From NCBI GenBank assembly GCA_002269645.1, contig NIVC01000162.1, positions 487,545-551,544 on the forward strand: a stretch of DNA of 64,000 nt, given 5' to 3'. Positions within the stretch are counted from its first letter, which is position 1. Each line of letters begins with the position of its first letter. The notes beneath the pieces were generated by a model. It had not been told where the DNA came from. It searched no databases and worked only from the letters and a program-made list of their open reading frames with translations. The DNA is from Macrostomum lignano. Its lineage: Eukaryota. The position numbers were made by a program, and so were the translations under genes. Below are positions 60,050-64,000 of the stretch, piece after piece.

Positions 60050-62231
60050 CCCTAGTGCATGCGGCGCATAATCATGGCGCACACTAGGTCCCTGACAAAT
60101 ACAGTGCTATGCACAACTTCAAATCAGAATAGAATCTTTATTAGCATAAAACTGGCATAGCATATTGAGTCTGCATGAATTCTAAGAATTTTGTAAATTT
60201 GTCATAAAATATGTAATTTACATAAAATACATAAAATAAAGGCATAGACTTCTTGCACAAATGGCGCAAAGATGGCACAAAAATGGTGCATAAACAGCAC
60301 ACAGATTGTCCTAAAAATTTATTCTGGCACACATTGTATCACCTTCTTGACTATGGTGTATAGCTATATCTATAAGTTTTTAAACTTACAGATTATTATA
60401 AATTTTATATTATAAGAAGTTTGCCACATTTTTGTTTATGCTGTTTAGTTATTGCTAGATTTTCATTTATTCTCAAGTTGCTTAATTACACATTTAGTAG
60501 GCTATATATTGTTTAACTTATGACAAAGTGCAAGCAATATGAATCAAAATTTTTTTTAGTAGCTACATATATAATTGTAGCCACCCTTTAAGATTTAGTG
60601 TTACTCTTCCCACTGTGTCTTTAAGTGTGAACCTATTCACTTCACTATTAACAATATAGCCTGGCTGCTATGCAAGTTTCATTGACACAATAGTTGTGTC
60701 TAATAATAACTAAGTCTATAGGTCTATTTATAGACATGGCAACCATGTCTATAATGCAGAAACTTATATACACAGCAGCCATGTCTATAAATATGGACCT
60801 AGTCACTATTAGAGACACAGCTGCCATGTTTATAAGTTTCTGCATTCTAGACACAGCCACTTGGTCTATAGTCTTAGTGTGGCAATTCAAAAGGTCATTC
60901 ATTGTCATAATATAAAAAGGTCATTAATTGTTGCAACATTAGCATAGTTTTGAGAATGGATAGCCTATGCATTCGATTTTGGCATGCATTTATATTTATT
61001 AAATTTTTGTTTGGGTGTGCACCTAGTGTGATCTGGACTATGGTCTAATTTGGTATATAGGGCCTATTAGATGTAAAATTATAATCTTAAATAGAAAACT
61101 AAGGCACTAGCTAGTATTGGTTACAAAAATCAAAATTGAATAAAAACTATAAATATTTTAACGTCACTGGTACAGGAATAAAAAGTCTCTCTCTCATCAA
61201 TTCTCTTCATCCCAATCTCTATATCTCTTTATCTCAATCTCTGATAATACTATATCTTCTTTACCAAACTATCGAGTTTTGCTTTCTAGGATAGCTTTAG
61301 AATGGTAGGGCCTAACCAATAACATTGGGCCTAGTTTTGGTAATGATAGTTAATTATAGTCAAGGTAATCAATTTACATGAGGCCTATTACTTTAGGCCC
61401 CTACCCTAGCCTATGTATGAAAGTGTATTGAAGTTGATAAATCTTTGATTGAATCTTATTTACAAAACGAAAAGGCGTTATTGTACTAAATTATTTCTTA
61501 ATTTTAATACTCCTTTCAATAAAGAACAGTCGTATTATACTTTTACACGTTTCTGTAGATAACATCAAGCACACTTAATAAACCATACAATCATACACAC
61601 CTTTACCATAAAGTTTTCTTTATTCGTAGAATATAATTTTTGTGCATTTGAAACCTACTCGTCTAATTGGACAATGCACCTTGCAGAAATCAGACGTATA
61701 ACAAAATAAGAGTAGTAAATATTTTTTTTCAGGATTAGGAATGATATAGATTTCGTTTAAGGTTGAAAAAATAATAAAGTGTAGAGAATAATAACTAAAA
61801 TATTTTAATATCTTTTTGCACATTTATAGTTAAAATGATATACAAGTGTCTGATACACTACTGTAAATGTAAATGGACCGACCGTACAGTTTATTATTTT
61901 TTTTTATAGCTATCAAATGAATTTAAGTGATTTATTAACTGTTTAATGCGTTTTTCCTTTACTGGGGAGTTTTAAATAGTACTTACTCAGTGTCTACTTT
62001 TTACGCAAGATAAGCGCAAGAGTAATACTAATACTTTATTACTGCGTTTACGCGACCGATATCACGATATGTTGTGTAGTATGTTTAATGTAGCATAAAT
62101 TTGTATGTTAAATTTTTAATTTTTAAGGATGGCAAGTAACTCCACAAATAATATATTAATGTTTAATGATATGAATAGCGATTGGAATACTTTTGATATT
62201 TATGAAACAAAAAGAATTTAAAAATTTCAGT

Positions 62232-62312
62232 CGACGAGGATGGGATTCGAACCCACGCGGGGAAACCCCAATGGATTAGCAGTCCATCGCCATAACACTC
62301 GGCCACCTCGTC
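62232..62312 (-). tRNA. tRNA-Ser(GCT), 81 nt, with an atypical D-loop
   Basis: GACGAGG acceptor stem, ATGGA-CTGCTAA-TCCAT anticodon arm, GGGG/CCCC variable arm, GGTTCGAATCC B-box, discriminator G, and a TTTTT terminator 8 nt downstream. Confidence 0.88.
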
Positions 62313-62655
62313 TAACTCCGTGGGCTTAATTTTTTAAAATATAACTTAAACGTAAAATATTTTTTTCTGCTGCGCAAGCCGGGACGAAGGATGCATAAAA
62401 TACGATTTGATAGCTTTTTGCTATTTTGACAAATGGCACGTGGGAGCTCCAGCAAAAAGGCAAGGCTGAAGCAAAATCATTTAGAGCTGAAAAATTCTGT
62501 CACATCACACTCAGTCTCTTCTCTATATCTGGCCTGGCGTCACATTCCCGATCTGAACTGACCCTGCCCCTGCCCTGCTCGTCAAGCCTGCTCTTCGTTG
62601 CTGGATTCCCCAACCTTCTCCTTATCAGTCCGACTATTTGGTAAATCTTCTAGTG

Positions 62656-62992
62656 TTAATTCTTCAGCTGTATTGGTAGGCTGCTCAGATGCCGATGCCG
62701 GCTTATTGGATCACAGAAGGCGCAGACACCGCTGGTGCCCGCGTCGCCGATCGACTCAATGTCGCCGTTGCCAGCTTCGCCTTCCCGCCGAGTGTCTGGA
62801 ACTGACGAGTCGGGTCTAGGCGACTGATTAGTCAGCTTAGCAACCAACTGATTGTCGCCGTTGGATTGCGCAATTTGGGTGCCCTTCTCCATGCCCACCT
62901 GTACGGCATTGATTAGCCCGGAGACGAACACCATACCCAGGAATATCACACGGCCAAGCTGAACCTGTACACGTCTGATGAGTACGTCTGAC
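62656..62992 (-). CDS. Probable terminal exon of an unidentified gene that starts beyond the window (hydrophobic segment, then a polar tail)
   Basis: Acceptor ctcactcacag| (phase 2); open frame SDVLIRRVQVQLGRVIFLGMVFVSGLINAVQVGMEKG...LKN*; a minisatellite-filled intron lies upstream. Confidence 0.5.
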
Positions 62993-63109
62993 CTGTGAGT
63001 GAGCAATAGCGAGTATTAACACCAGTTTTGAGTTTAGATGTTTGGACTAAAAATGTGAGACTGGACTGTTGGTGAACAAAAATACAAGCTTTACCTGGAT
63101 CTGTTTTTA

Positions 63110-63972
63110 CGGCTGCTATCTATGATTGGCTGCTATCTTTGATTGGCTGCTATCTTGATTGGCTGCTATCTATGATTGGCTGCTATCTATGATTGGCTGC
63201 TATCTTTGATTGGCTGCTATCTATGATTGGCTGCTATCTTTGATTGGCTGCTATCTTTGATTGGCTGCTATCTATGATTGGCTGCTATCTTTGATTGGCT
63301 GCTATCTATGATTGGCTGCTATCTTAATAAGCTGCTATCTGCGATTGGCTGCTACCTTTGATTGGCTGCTATCTTTTATTGGCTGCTATCTATGATTGGC
63401 TGCTATCTTTGATTGGCTGCTATCTATATTCTGCTATCTTTGATTGGCTGCTATCTATGATTGGCTGCTATCTTTGATTGGCTGCTATCTTTAATAGGCT
63501 GCTATCTGCGATTGGCTGCTATCTTTGATTGGCTGCTATCTTTGATTGGCTGCTATCTTGATTGGCTGCTATCTTTGATTGGCTGCTATCTATGATTGGC
63601 TGCTATCTTTGATAGGCTGCTATCTGCGATTGGCTGCTATCTTTGATTGGCTGCTATCTATGATTGGCTGCTATCTTTGATTGGCTGCTATCTTTAATAG
63701 GCTGCTATCTGCGATTGGCTGCTATCTTTGATTGGCTGCTATCTTTGATTGGCTGCTATCTATGATTGGCTGCTATCTTTGATTGGCTGCTATCTATGAT
63801 TGGCTGCTATCTTTGATAGGCTGCTATCTGCGATTGGCTGCTATCTTTGATTGGCTGCTATCTATGATTGGCTGCTATCTTTGATTGGCTGGCTATCTAT
63901 GATTGGCTGCTATCTGTTATTGGCTGCTATCTTTGATTAGCTGCTATCTGTGATTAGCAGCTATCTGTGACT
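63110..63972. repeat. 17-bp minisatellite gattggctgctatct(a/t)t
   Basis: Directly visible tandem units. Confidence 0.95.
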
Positions 63973-64000
63973 GCCTGCCATCATAGAATAGAAATGGGTC

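Noticed and set aside
375-63972. CRISPR-like arrays
   Set aside because: Units are contiguous with no unique spacers and no cas genes; the context is eukaryotic.

Overview
Eukaryotic, intron-rich DNA in which almost every intron is filled by its own minisatellite. A Macrostomum-like flatworm is my inference, not a proven assignment. All recognisable genes lie on the minus strand, and I reconstructed them by hand from GT/AG sites with consistent intron phases. They are a TRPM-type channel with N-terminal ankyrin repeats (12238 to beyond position 1), SDR42E1-like, NOP53-like, an ARHGAP11-like RhoGAP, two tandem paralogs of a C14orf93/DUF4616-like protein (gene B 51520-37818, gene A 57804-53184), a tRNA-Ser(GCT), and the last exon of an unidentified gene. 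The main discovery is in gene B. Its apparently empty 8-kb intron holds 14 homologous, frame-equivalent short exons (13 of 77 nt, 1 of 71 nt; all phase 1 to 0), which the ORF track almost entirely misses. A single ~57-nt element at 45786-45842 lies upstream of the array and is reverse-complementary to short elements usually 48-91 nt upstream of most variant exons. This is a Dscam-like docking-site/selector architecture for mutually exclusive splicing, and it appears to swap one basic helix of a putative DNA-binding domain. Paralog A has its own smaller array at the same intron position. Most long ORFs in the supplied track are repeat artefacts.
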